Of a stretch of 64,000 bases of DNA, positions 13,280 to 25,881 are shown piece by piece. The position numbers and the translations under genes were made by a program. Under the pieces are notes generated by a model, which made no database searches, was not told the DNA's origin, and saw nothing but the letters and a program-made list of their open reading frames with translations. The stretch comes from Felis catus (taxonomy: Eukaryota): NCBI RefSeq assembly GCF_018350175.1, contig NC_058368.1, forward strand, positions 153,700,001-153,764,000. The letters run 5' to 3'. Position 1 is the first letter of the stretch; each line of letters begins with the position of its first letter.

Positions 13280-14120
13280 TATATGATAAGAGAAACATCA
13301 GAAAAGAAAATAATGATAAGAAAATAATCAGAGCTATAAAGGAAATTAAGAGAATCTTAAGAAACTATTTTGTTATAGTCTATGGTAATATATTTCTCTA
13401 CCAGGATGATTTTATGAGAAAATTGAAATTTTCAAAACTTAGATCTTGAGACTTAAAACCTATAGAGACAAATCATATAAGAACAGAAAAAACACTCTCA
13501 TAGAGCTACTACCCCCACCTACCTAAATATCACTCCAAGATGATTTACAGATGATTTCTACCAAAACTCAAAGTAACATGCAATTCTTTTGCTATTTAAA
13601 ATCTTCCAGATGTAAGTAAATGAACCTTTAACGTTCTTTAATAAAGCCAGCAAAACACTGATAAGACAAACTGGCAAAAATAACTGAAAAGGAATGTAAC
13701 AGACTAGTAAATGTCAATAAAATATCCTTAAATATTAGCAAATGGAATTTAGCTAAACATTGCTAAACATATAATAAAACACAATCAACTGAGATCTCTA
13801 GCAGGAATGCAAAGATGGTTGAAAAAATTGTGTTATAATTTAAAATATGAAAGAAGAATTATATTCTTTTCCAAAGGTGCTGAAAAATTTTCATTTGTTG
13901 TTTAAAATAATCCTTAACAAAATGCATAAATGGACAATGTTTTAACATGTAAATCATATGCATTTCAACCTCTAAGCCAGAATCATAACTAACATGGTCG
14001 CATAAGGAACATTTCTATTGGATGCAAGAACCACATAGTTATTCAAATTACTGTTATTATTTTTAACATTATGCTGGGAGTCCTAGTCAGGATAATTGGA
14101 AAAGAGAAAAAAATATTAAA
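13280..14120 (+). mobile_element. Old L1 ORF2 (RT region) remnant
   Basis: GATGATTTACAGATGATTTCTACCAAA, AGGAATGCAAAGATGGTT, TTTAACATTATGCTGGGAGTCCTAG; many stops and indels. Confidence 0.75.
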
Positions 14121-14969
14121 TGTCTGTAGTTCAGAAATGGAAATAAACTGGCACACTGGACTGGGACTCTAAGATGAGTTTTGTTCTGGTTCCAGTGGTG
14201 TGCAATCAAGGCAAAGTTCCTTTTTTTTCAGAGCTAATGTCTTATTTATATAACAAGGTGATTAGGAGAGAAAAGAGTGGGGTACACTTCTGAAACAACA
14301 AAGTTGTGTTCCTCTTGTTTCTTACAAGTAGCCAAGATTCCTCTACCAGCCTCCCTCTTACTCCATTTGAAAACCAGTACTTAATAAATAGCGTATCTAC
14401 TGTCTTTATGTTATTTTACTGTTTGATATTTGTATCTTAATAAAAATGGATCTGAAATGGTAGTGCTAGTTAGAGAAGTCAGCTATTCTTTGACATCAGT
14501 CTTAAGACATTTTCTTGTCTATTTGTGGAGGCAAATTTGCATTCCGGGGCACATTCCCAGGAGGGATAAGTCAAGGAGTAGTGATGAAAGGAGAAAATTG
14601 CCTAGGCAGCTAGACTGGCTTATGCAATTCTAATGGCAATAAAAACAATCTATTTTTTAAGAAGAAATTGTAGAGGGCACTGTCATATTCAAGAAAACTT
14701 TAAAAAGAGGTTCTGTTGGAAGGTTAAAAAAATGATGATTTTTTCAATATAATTTGTTTAACATTTTATAACTTTTTATTTAAAAATAAAGTCATATGTT
14801 TTGAATACAGTCAGTGTGGGCATTTGGGAGCTAGTGTTCGCAAAGCTATTTAGATGCGTTTTAAATGTGAAAGAAAAAAATAGATAAACTCAAGTTTGTT
14901 GAACTTTAGGCAGGGAGATTAATTATTTTTCACTTTCAATTTAATAGAAACACCTGATTTGTTGTTTCG

Positions 14970-16050
14970 TTTTGCTTCCAGAATGTAATTTATCTTGCAC
15001 CAAAGAGAGCCAACAGTGAATCCAAATCAGACAAAGAATGTAGAAAACGTGGTTTTATACCTAAATACCACTAAAATGGTGGCAAGAATACAGAAAAAAA
15101 TCATAAACCTATAAGGCAAAAGAGAATGGGTGGAGGAGAGGGGGACAGAAAATAGCAGATAATGGAGATCAGTGTGATATTTTTAAACGTAGGTAAATGG
15201 ACAAGTGGCAACTTACTAAGCACACCAGAGAAATCTGAAAGCTTAGTTCACATTCTGTGGTGGATATCAATCAAGAAATGATCCTATTTATCCCAAAGAC
15301 TCTAGGGTTTGACAACAGTGGGCATATTAGAGTATGGAATACAATGGTGGTAGGATAGAAACAAAGAATGTTGAAAGTTGGTAATACAAAGCAATCAGGT
15401 GACTTGTTCTATTTCCCACTCTAAATAACTGATAGCATACTTCTTCCTCCACTTTAGTAGAGGTCTGAGTGTTTATTCTTTTTAGAGAACTAACCAGAGG
15501 AACTCTGAATTTAGGGACAGCAGATACTGTTGAGGATGGTGGTACTGTAGTCAAGTCCCAGTTTTACATTTCCTAGCAGAAGATTTCTCTGTGGAAACTG
15601 GCAGAATGGAAAGAAAAGCTATTAAAATATTAGTCTCTATTTAGCAATCCCATATACACTGAGACCCTTCAGCTAGTAAGCTCCCCTCACCTAGCATGAG
15701 ATTCTAGTTGACTTTATATATACTGCATAGGGTAGCCTGTGACCACCAGATGTTTGAGAAAATCTTTTACATGAAAGACACCAAAACACTGACTCAGACG
15801 AGGCTGAGTCAATTCAGGAAGTTGAAAAAAATATAACCAATACTCACAAGATCCATAGATAAGAGACTATAATGTTATCTCTGATTTAAAAACAGTATAC
15901 AATGTAAAAGGAGTATCAGAGAACAGGAAAGAGCTTTTGGCAATAAAATGGGATAATAGAAATTTAAAATGTAGGTATATAAGGTTTAGAATATAAAGTT
16001 GAATAAATCATTCTGGAAAGAAAATAAAGGTCAAAGAGATAGAAAACTGG
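14970..16050 (+). mobile_element. Very old L1/HAL1-like 5' region and ORF1 remnant
   Basis: A-rich decayed ORF1-like text (AAGGAGTATCAGAGAACAGGAAAGAGCTTTTGG, GGTTTAGAATATAAAGTTGAATAAATC); appears to continue at 16930-17690. Confidence 0.5.
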
Positions 16051-16059
16051 AGTATATGT

Positions 16060-16640
16060 AGTTATTTGGTTTACAAAAAAGGGCATCAGTGCAAATCCAC
16101 TTCTAAAAAAATGGCCTTCATAAATGATGCTTCTCAGTCGGTTATCCAAATGGAAAAAAATCTTGACCTCTGCTGTACACTGTACACCCAAATTGATTTG
16201 AGATGGATCATGGCCCTGAATGTGAGCAGTAAAATATAACAGTTTAGGGGAAAAAACTTAGGAGAATACTTTCATAACTGGATAATCCAAGATTTTTTTA
16301 AGTAGGTACAAAGAGCACCAACCATTAAACTATTAAGAAGTTAAAAATTGAAATGTATTAAAATTAATAACTTTTGTTACGTTTTCAATGTTTTTCACTA
16401 AAAGACAGGCACAGTGAAGTTTATACTAGCTTTCTTCTTAATAGTCCAAGACTAGAAATAACTTAAATGTCCAACAATAGTTGAATGGGTAAATAAAGGG
16501 TGGTATAGTCATTATAATCAAGTACAACCCTGAAATAATGAAAATCACTTTATTACATGCAGTATTATTGATGAATCTCACCAACATATGGCTGAGTGAA
16601 AGAATTCAGGTACTGAAGAGTACATAATACATAATTTTTA
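16060..16640 (+). mobile_element. L1ME-like ORF2 3' / 3' UTR remnant
   Basis: TTGAGATGGATCATGGCCCTGAATGTG, AAATGTCCAACAATAGTTGAATGGGTAAATAAA, GATGAATCTCACCAACATATGGCTGAGTGAAAGAA. Confidence 0.75.
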
Positions 16641-16955
16641 GGCGTGGACATGTGACTTTCTGTGACTGATAAAATGGGAATAGAAATGTTGCAAATTACT
16701 TCTGGGTAGGTTTTTTGTTTGTTTTTTTAACAATCAGTGTGTAACTTGCCATGTTACCTCTCCCATACTGCAGTCCTCAGATCTTTGGGAGGTTGCGGAC
16801 TCTATCAGCCCAGCCTCTGTAAAGACAACATGGAGCTAAGCCCTCAACAGGCCAGTTTATTTCAGGGAGAAGTAAACTCCTGCTGTGTTAAACTACTGAT
16901 GTTTGGGTTTGCTTTCTAACTGCAATGCAACATAGATCATTTTGATTGATGTCAG
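16638..16955 (+). mobile_element. MaLR LTR (old MLT1 type)
   Basis: TTAGGCGTGGACATGTGACTT... and terminal GAGAAGTAAACTCCTGCTGTGTTAAACTACTGATGTTTGGG. Confidence 0.7.
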
Positions 16956-17067
16956 GGTACAAGTTTCAGAGGAGAAATGAAAAAGAAGTGATAAAATTTT
17001 CATAGAAATAAGGCAAAGCATTTCCCAGAATGAGTTGACTTTAATTTTCAGGTTGAAAGCCTGTCTT

Positions 17068-17281
17068 GGGGCACCTGGGTGGCTCAGTCGGTTAAGCGTC
17101 CGGCTTCAGCTCAGGTCATGAACTCACTGTTTGTGAGTTTGAGCCCCGCATCAGGCTCTGTGCTAACAGTTTGGAGTCTCTTGGGATTCTGTGTCTCCCT
17201 CTCTCTATGCCCTTCCCCTGCTCATGCTCTGTCTCTCTCTGTCAAAAATAACTAAGTGTTAAAAAAAAATTAAAAAAGAAA
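17068..17281 (+). mobile_element. Can-SINE (SINEC_Fc)
   Basis: Full element; TSD GAAAGCC(T/C)GTCTT at 17055-17067 and 17282-17294. Confidence 0.95.
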
Positions 17282-17294
17282 GAAAGCCCGTCTT

Positions 17295-17690
17295 AGTGTT
17301 GAGTAAAACTAATGAATGAAACTCACATAATGCGTTGAGTAAAACTAATGAATGAAACTCACATAATGCATGCTATTTGACATTTTAGAATACTAGAGTA
17401 AAGAGACCATCCGAAAAGCTCCCAGAGTGGAATACAAAAGGATCATGGACCAAGAATTAGGAATCAGAATGGGCTTGGACTTCTCAATATCAACTCTGAA
17501 ATCTAGAAAACAATGAAACACCTTCAAAATTCTACAACAAATTATAATTTAGTTTTATATCCCAGCCAGTCTTTCAGCCTAGTATGAGAGTACAAAAATA
17601 AAAATATTTTAAAAGAGGCAAGGTCTCAAAAATATATCTCTAGCCTATCTTTTCTCAGAAAGTTCCTTCAATATGTTTCATTAAAATAAT
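17295..17690 (+). mobile_element. L1/HAL1 ORF1 remnant
   Basis: AGGAATCAGAATGGGCTTGGACTTCTCAATATCAACTCTGAAATCTAGAAAACAATG...CCTTCAAAATTCTA. Confidence 0.7.
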
Positions 17691-17739
17691 CTAGAAAGAA
17701 AAACAAGCAAACAAAAAATAATCTAGAAAGATGACCTAG

Positions 17740-18150
17740 TATGGTTGAGTAGCCCATAATGCTGTTCCTCTGTATTTCTTCGGAACAGAACTGCTAAAAT
17801 AAAGATTTAAGTTCCTGGAGTTTTTTGCAGATAGGTGTGGCCATGTGATTAAGTTCTGTTTATGGGATTGAAGTAGAGGTAGTATGCACAGCTTGCAGAA
17901 GTGTTTTCAAGTGTTTGAAAGGCTTCTCCTACCTCTTTGTTTTCTGTAGTATATGCATAATAATCAAAGCTCCAGTAGCCATCTTTGATTCTTCCCATGT
18001 GTCCTGGGAAATTCAAGCATGGAAAAACAATGAGCTCTGAGGGTCATTCTATACCCTGGAATGTTCTTTCACCTGTGCTAAGTAGAATCACATTTCATTT
18101 GATATTTTGTTTTGAGTTTCTGTTTCTCAGATACAAGGAAGATCCTAACT
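17740..18150 (+). mobile_element. MaLR LTR (old MLT1 type)
   Basis: TTGCAGATAGGTGTGGCCATGTGATTAAGTTCTG, GCTCCAGTAGCCATCTTTG, terminal GATCCTAACT. Confidence 0.65.
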
Positions 18151-19889
18151 CAAAAAAAAAAAAGTATTCTTTGTAAGGGGATTTTGGACGTAGGAGTGAC
18201 AGAAGAAATCCTCAGGACTGACAATAAAGAGAAATCTTAGTTTTGGGGGGATGATGTTCTAAATGGGCTATATCTTATTCTTTATTATAGCAAGTCAACA
18301 TGTAATACGTAAAATGGAAATATTGAGATTTTGCAATATAAAAATGTTATTTGGGGGATAGGAGTTAAAAATACTAGAGGAAACATGTAAGAGTCACAAG
18401 TTGCCTCTGGGGAGTGGGAAGCAAATATGCACAGGGTAAAAACAAGTGGCACAGAGGAATGTTATTTTTCAGTACAATGTGTGATGAGCTATTAGATCAA
18501 TTCAACTCTGTAAATATTACTTTATTATTTACTGTATTTTTAGTGATAAACACTATAAATGATTTTTTTAAAGAAAATGGATACTGAAACACGTGATTTG
18601 CATTTTCTACTGTATCTGAATGAGAATGGTAAGAAAGTTCTATTGTTTGTAGTAGTTGACTTACCAGAAGGTGATTTAAAGGAATGGCATTCTTAAATTG
18701 AGAGACAAAGGTCAAAGACAAGCAATGCCTTAGCTGTTAAAACGTATATCATGAAGCACAAAGCCTGAACCACATACAGTGGCAGTCCATGGGGAGTGAA
18801 GAGGAGTGCCTTTAGTTTGTTTCTGTGACTTATTGCTATGACTTGACACTATTACATTTTGGTTTTTAGCATTTTTAAAGAGGAAGTAATAGTTATGAGA
18901 GATGAAGAACTCAGAATTAAGTACTGTAGTTATACACAGAAGGGTAATTTGGTTTTGATGTATTGGCCTGAGCCTGTTAACTAATAATACCAAATTTTAA
19001 GTAGCATCTCACCAGTATGAAAAAGAGGTAGCATCATTATTAATGTCTAAACTATAGTGTGTTTCACACAGGATTATGGTAAAGGTCAGGCCATGTTTCT
19101 CTGAATTAAAAGCTATTCTGAGCTATCGCATTCCTAATCAACTCAGACCTAAAGGTGCATAGCTCAGTTATAATGAGGCACAATGAATTTAAATAAACTG
19201 CAAGATACTGTATAGTGATTTATATGTGCACTGTGGTATCCTTTTAACTCATTAGCAATGAATGATACTATGTGTTTGCAACTGTTTTTTGCTGTATAAC
19301 TATTTTTTAATCACAATATTTCTTAGTAAAAGTGCCTTATGCTCCCATTTTCTTCTTGTATGTGTAAAGTAAAAGGCAAGGGGTGCTCCTGGCATGTACC
19401 CAAACATGAGTCACAGCAGAAAGAAACTGGCAAATATCCACTCAAATAAATTTCATAAATTAACAATTTGTAACTGTGCTCACATGTTTATGGTTTCACA
19501 GTATAGAACTGCCATGGGAATTGAGAACAAGAAGGGAAGGTTATATGTATGTTTCTGAATTATACTTGAGACTTACCCTCATAGGGACTTTTAAAAAAAA
19601 GAAATCATTGAGCACATTTGAGCGTTTAGTGAGAAACAAAAACAAAACACCAAAATTTAGCCAGAAATATAAAATTAGCAAGAGTCTTATATTTATCATC
19701 TTCTATCTATCTTCTTGTGTACATCCAATAATTCTTGTGAGGAAAAAATCCCTATAGTTTGCTCACATAACAAGTTGACATCTATAGGGCTTTAATTTCA
19801 TTTAGTAAACCTTTTTCTTTTTTCCTAGATTAAGAGAGAATCTTCTGTGTGCATGATCTAACGTTTAAAGATAAAAAAGGAAAGCCTTA

Positions 19890-20105
19890 GGGGCGCCTGG
19901 ATGGCTCAGTCAGTTGAGCGTCCAACTTCGGCTCAGGTCATGATCTCACAGCTCGTGAGTTCGATCCCCGTGTTGGGCTCAGTGCTGACAGCTCAGAGCC
20001 TGGAGCCTGCTTCTGCTTCTGTATCTCCCTCTCTCTCTGCCCCTAACCCACTGGCATTCTGTCTCTGTCTCTCTCAAAAGTAAATAAACATTAATTTTTT
20101 TTTTT
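19890..20105 (+). mobile_element. Can-SINE (SINEC_Fc)
   Basis: Full element; near-TSD AAAAAAGGA(A/G)AGCC(T/A)TAG. Confidence 0.95.
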
Positions 20106-20519
20106 AAAAAAGGAGAGCCATAGTATTGATACAATTCTATTTGTGGGTTGCCCAGTCATGTCCACTTTTTGTGGTGATCAAAGGAGACTGGTCAGACATC
20201 CTGAGAAATCAGTTTCTTTTAATGCTTATGAATCCTATTCAGATATTACATTCATCCTGAATTATACTCTCCCCACTTGAAATGGAATCACTATTCTTAA
20301 AATTGAGTTAATTTTAACCAGGCCTTTGTATTCAGACATTTCTCTCATGGGGTTCAACTGCTTTTGAGTTGCATTATCAGTTACATATCCTTCCCATTTT
20401 TTTTTCTTGGTGAGTTTTTAATTCATATCTCTTTGGCCTTTCACTTATTGATTCTACAATAATGTCACAAATGCTGATAACTTTTCCTTAATATCTATTT
20501 TGTGTTCTTTCTTTTTGGT

Positions 20520-21357
20520 AGTAGGACTGAAATTTTACCTAGCTAAATAGCCACCAACAACAAATTCTATTTCTTTGTCTCCCTTGAAGCTATGTATTGT
20601 GGAATGAGTCATATCCTCTCAAAATTTGTATGTTGAAGTTCTAACCCCCAATATTTCACAATGTGGCTATATATGGAGATTGGGTTTGTTATAGAAGTAA
20701 TTAACCTTAAGTGAAATCGTTAGTTTGGGTCCTAGTCCAATATGACTGGTATCCTTATGAGAAAAGGAGACTAGGATAGAGACATGCACAGAGGAAAGAC
20801 CAAATGAAGGCACTGAAAATGGTGACCATCTGCAGGCCATGGAGAGAGGCCTCAGAAGAAACAAACACTGCTGATACCTGCATCTCTGACTTCTAAACTC
20901 CAAATTTGTGAGGAAATAAATTCCTATTGTTTAAGCACTCAGTCTTTGGTACTTGGGTTATAGCAGTTCCAGCAAACTAACACAGTAAGAGTGGCCATGG
21001 GATTGAGTTTGGATTACTGGGGTATAAGCAGAGGCCATATTTGCAGTTTCTAGGTCATCTCCCTAAAAGACAAGGTGGAATATGCTGGATTGTCTCTTTT
21101 CTCTTTTCACAGGCTAAAACTCGGATGTGTAGGTGATTCTTTTTTGTGTGTTAAAATAAGGTCAACACCTTATTGACCTTATAGATAGAAGGAACTGGCC
21201 CTCAAATGACCTTGTGGAAAAGAACCAGCCAGCCAGCCAGGAATGTTCATATCTGGTCTATTCGGTAAGAGATAAGAAAACTTTTATCCTGTTTAAGCCA
21301 CTGAATTATCTGGGTCTTCATTACTATAGTTTGTCCTTTACCCTAACTAGTAATACA
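20520..21357 (+). mobile_element. Older MLT1 LTR split by MLT1B
   Basis: CCCTTGAAGCTA...AGAGTGGCCATGGGATTGAGTTTTGG resumes after the insertion; ends TGTTTAAGCCACTG...CCCTAACTAGTAATACA. Confidence 0.6.
20593..20983 (+). mobile_element. MLT1B-like MaLR solo LTR, full length
   Basis: TATGTTGAAGTTCTAACCCCCA, CCAATATGACTGGTATCCTTAT, GGAGAGAGGCCTCAGAAGAAAC, AATAAATTCCTATTGTTTAAG, AGCAAACTAACACA; about 390 bp. Confidence 0.88.
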
Positions 21358-21861
21358 TATATGGAGTCAGTATCAGATACAGGATTTCTACTCCATTTCC
21401 TCTTTAATTTTCATTTATATTCTATATGTAATGCATAATACAGTTATGCATAGTAAATTATAAACATAAAATAATATCCATATGTATTAATTGCATGTTA
21501 CATTATCACAAACTACTATTTTCATTACAATTTCCTTTCTATTACAGTTCCAGCAGTAAAATATCTTAAGTACACTTGTCTTTCTTTTCTTTTCTTGGTC
21601 ATCATCAGGCAATCTTTATGAACTATAATTAAACTTAAGTACATTTTTCAGGAAGATCATCTGAGGGACCAGAGACATCACAGTCATCACTGTAAATCAT
21701 AAAGATGGTGTCCACCCACAGCCTACCTCAGCTCCTATCCAAGCACTTGTTTGAGGTTGCTCTGATTAAGTCCTATTATTACTATTACTATTACTATTGC
21801 CATTATTATTTCACTGAACTGTGAAGCTGGAAGATGTAGCCTTATTTTTTATAGGCTTCTT

Positions 21862-22086
21862 TAAAAAAAACATGTTTTTAATGTTTATTTATTTTTGAGA
21901 GAGAGAGAGAGAGGCAGAACATGAGCAGGAGAGGGGCAGAGAAAGAGGGAGACATAGAATCCGAAGCAGACTCTAGGCTCTGAGATGTCAGCACAGAGCC
22001 TGACACAGGGCTCGAACTCACAGACTGTGAGATCATGACCTGAGCCGAAGTCAGATGCTTAAATGACTGGGCTACCCAGGTGCCCC
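21862..22086 (-). mobile_element. Can-SINE (SINEC_Fc)
   Basis: Complete antisense element ending CTACCCAGGTGCCCC. Confidence 0.94.
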
Positions 22087-22132
22087 AAGTCTTCTTGATT
22101 TTCTACATGTTCATTTCTAATCATGCCATGTG

Positions 22133-22353
22133 ATTTTTTTTTTTTTAATTTGAAAGAGAGAGACAGAGAGAGAGAGAGAAAGACAGAGAGAATGAGTGGG
22201 GGAGAAGACCAATGGCAGAGAGAGGGTCTTAAGCAGGTGCCATACTCAGTGTGGAGCTCAACAACGGGGTCTATACCATGACCCTGAGATCACAACCTGT
22301 CAAGAGTCCAAATCAAGAGTTGGACCCTTAACTGACTGAGCCACCCAGGTGCC
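22133..22353 (-). mobile_element. Can-SINE, older subfamily
   Basis: T tail, (GA)n, AAATCAAGAGTTGGACCCTTAACTGACTGAGCCACCCAGGTGCC. Confidence 0.9.
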
Positions 22354-23832
22354 ACTGATTTTTTTGTTACAAACATTATTGACCATAATATGCAAGTTTG
22401 GTAGAAATAATACCCACCCTTTCTATCTCCTACTAGTTTCCAGACATTCTAGATGATTTCTACTAACTTTAAAGAGCTTTAATCAGCATAGAAGGCGCTT
22501 CTTGTTTTTATAGTCAGGAAGTCCAGCTTTTCCTGCCCTAACTTGATATAATCTTGCTGCTCTTTTTTGGGTAGTCTGTTCTGCATTGAATAAGCATGTT
22601 TTAACATTCAAAACCTAAGATTTGCAGCTTGGGGAAAGATGATGCCCTCTGAATGAAGTGGTGCATCAAATGCCACTAGTAGACATTTGGAATCTCTTTT
22701 CATTGTGATTTATATAAAATAGCTTGCAAGGAAAGCCTGCTCACAAACACGTGTTCAACTGGAGTACTGTTGGGAACTAAAAGATGGATATTTGTTTGCT
22801 CTCTCTCAAAAGAAAAGATAAGTTTAGTTTGACTGAATGGTGGTAATTCCATCTCCCCTCTCTTGCATTAAGTGATTAACCCTCTGGAAGTCCGTGATCT
22901 GCTTTGAAGTCCCTAGCTTCAAAAGACTCCCCACATGAGATCTATTCACATAAACCTGAGTTCCCCTAAATAGAAAAAAAAACCTTCTGCATTTTACTCA
23001 ATTTTTTTTCACTTGATGAAATGTCTTTAAGCCTCAATAGGATTTTGAGATTACCATAATTTTTTCTCAGATGCACCACTGGGAGGGTAGAGCTTGAAGG
23101 TCCAGGCCCACAGTGTTCTGTTCCTTGGAAATCAGGTAGGAAGGTGATTGGAAATTGTTCTTAGGGCTTTTTCCTTGTCCTGCCATCAGGTTAACTCTCA
23201 GGCTAAGAAACAATGAATTGATACTGTAAGGAGGACTTAACATTCCAGAATAAACATCTTTCAATTTTGAACAGAAAATGCAAATTATTTCCTTTTTTTT
23301 GACTATCTGAACCCTGGAGAGTGTACTCTATTTGATAATTTCAGATTTAATTAAGTAATTGGGCATAGTTCTCAGTGGAGAAGGGCAAATAAAATACTCT
23401 TGGCTTGAGTGATCGCTTTAATAAAGTGAGTTTCTTCCTTTCCATTAACTTTCATTGAAAATAATTCATTTCAAATGAGAGTTGAAATCATCCTGGTCCT
23501 AAAACATCTCATAATTGAACACCCAACCAAAAAAAGAAATTAATACAGCAAGACAAAGAAAAAGATGAAGCCTAAATACATACAAGCATTTAGTAGAAAA
23601 CTAAAAAGTTTGAGCTTCTGATACTGTGTTTGTATTTATATTATTAGTTACCATCAGTATAAATTATATGTTGAGTATTATAATGTGCAGAAATAAAATT
23701 ATGTAAAAGTTTTAGATTTAGATTTTCTGGAATTAATAATCTAAGGGGGAGTTTCTTTTATACATATATATTCAGGTATGTTGTGGTTGAAAGATTTCAA
23801 AATCCACTAGACTCCTAAAATATTTAGAAGCT

Positions 23833-24470
23833 TCATTCATTCATTTGTTCAGCTAATTTTTCTTGAACAAAAACTGCATTTTGACAGATGGCCTTAAGAT
23901 TTCCCCTCAGCTTGAATAAATGTCATATAGGTTTCTTCTGGACTATAGTCCCTGGCCTACCCTTCTTTGGACCATTTACTTTAGAAAACTTTCAATTATA
24001 AATTCTTTTTCTGCCCCTTTGATATTTAAATCTTCTCTCAGCCTCTTGCCAGTTTTACATCTCAGGAATGTCTTTCTCAAGGACCTGGCAGCCATCTCTT
24101 TGACATATAATCATTTAGAAAGATAGTATTCCTATCTTCCAGTCTCTGTAGGAGGGTAGGAACCTAACACTGATCATTGCTAATTTACAGATACAATGCC
24201 TAATCGCATTAACCACCCCCCACCCCTGTGACACCTTCCAGTACTTTTCCACCAGCTACTGCATTACTGAGAATCTCTCCCACCTTTTGTTTCAGCACAG
24301 TTGAGTTCAGTCTCTCTCCCCTACTGCAATACTTTTTGTGTTTTTTTTTGTTTTTAAGATCTGCCTTCCCTATTTAACTTATCCAGTGCAATTTTTCTTT
24401 GATAATTCCAAACCCTATGTTAGTGGGAATAGATGTTTTTGCCCTCAAAGAGCTTACAGACTATTGAAGT
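23833..24470 (-). mobile_element. L2 3' end split by an LTR
   Basis: TCATTCATTCATTTGTTCAG...TTGAAC before and TGCCCTCAAAGAGCTTACAGACTA after the LTR. Confidence 0.55.
23882..24404 (+). mobile_element. ERV1-class solo LTR (MER67-like)
   Basis: Starts TGACAG; CATTTACTTTAGAAAACTT, GCCTCTTGCCAGTTTTACA, GGAATGTCTTTCTCAAGGACCTGG; ends TTTTTCTTTGATA; near 4-bp TSD ATTT/ATTC. Confidence 0.78.
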
Positions 24471-24885
24471 TATAACAATACCTTGCTGTAAAGGCTCTTT
24501 CAAGGGAAACTTCAAGTACATATTGTAGATCCATTTAATTCACATTTGAGTTTATGTGCAAACTTGAATATTCCACAGGTCCTACAGAATGATGATGCTT
24601 ATCTGAAAGTTTCTGGAACAAAGCCCATACCAAGTTTACATGTCAAGGCAGGTTTACATGGAGGCAGAAAAGTGGTGTTGATGGAAGGGTAATAAAATGG
24701 TATTTCACTTAGAAATAGCTTCACCAGGGTTACTGGATTATTGAATTACCATATGTAGATATGCTACTCTGTATTGTCTGTATTATACTTTCCTCTCATT
24801 TTCTTTTCAAATATGATAAGTAAACTGCTAACATCTTAGTATGGAATGATACATAATATAGTTCTCCCTTAGAACATGAGAGACT

Positions 24886-25098
24886 AGGGTGTCTGGGTGG
24901 CTCAGTCAATTAATTGTCTGACTCTTAATTTCGGCTCAAGTCATGATCTCTCGGTTGGTGAGTTTGAGCCCTGTGTGGAGTTCTGTGCTGATGGCAGAGA
25001 GCCTGCTTGGGATTCTCTCTCACACACTCTCTCTGCCCCTCCCCTGTTCTCTCTCTGTCTCTCTCCCAAAGTAAATAAATAAACATTAAAAAAAGAAA
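24886..25098 (+). mobile_element. Can-SINE
   Basis: 14-bp TSD AGAACATGAGAGAC at 24871-24884 and 25099-25112. Confidence 0.93.
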
Positions 25099-25477
25099 AG
25101 AACATGAGAGACCCTGGATATCCAGGGAACATTGGGAAGTTGGGCTAGAGGGGAGTAGAGGGAAGAGATTTATGAGACTGGTTCTGGGAAGATTTCTGTA
25201 GAAACATTAAGGTGCTTTTGAGGTTGTAAAAAATTCAAATAAAACGGTGCTCATAGAAATTAAATGCATTAACGTCATTTGTAAAAATAGAGAATGACTA
25301 TGGTAAAAAAAAGGTAACTGATTTGGGGTAAGAACTAAAGTTTCAAAAGTATATGATTAAATGTGCTGCTTATCTTGATTTTTTACTTAGGTATATCCAG
25401 TTCTTAATGTCTATGGGGACGGTTGTGTTTTGGCTCTTTCTAATGTAGCCTACTAGGTATTTTTCTTTCTGTTCTTC

Positions 25478-25881
25478 TGTTGGGGAACCTTGTCGAAAAG
25501 AAAAGACCACTGATTGATTCATGAGCGGGACCTGGGTACTCTGAGGCTCCTCACCCCCACTCCCTCTCCTAGAAATGTGGGTTCTACTCACCTTTTTTGC
25601 TCTCAGGGGCTGCTCCAAGGACATGTCCTTGCATGACTGAACCCAGTTAAGGCCTCTTTATAAACTTTTAAATAAACTTTTGGCAGGTGGGTGTAGGTAT
25701 ACATTTGTCTTGCTGCCACCCAAGACAAACCTTGTATTGAAATTCCCTGTGCTGCAATTTAAAACTGCCACCTCCCAGTCTGGAGTGGCCTGCTTCTTTC
25801 TTCGGTCTCTCCTGCCCTGTGAGTACAAGAGCCAGCTTCAGATTTCACCAGGGAAGCTCTGGACAAGGTTGTGAACCTACA
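25478..25881 (+). mobile_element. ERV solo LTR, probably a carnivore/laurasiatherian family
   Basis: TGTTGGGG...ACA termini, higher GC than flanks, TATAAA at about 25659, near 5-bp TSD TCTTC/TCCTC. Confidence 0.7.
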
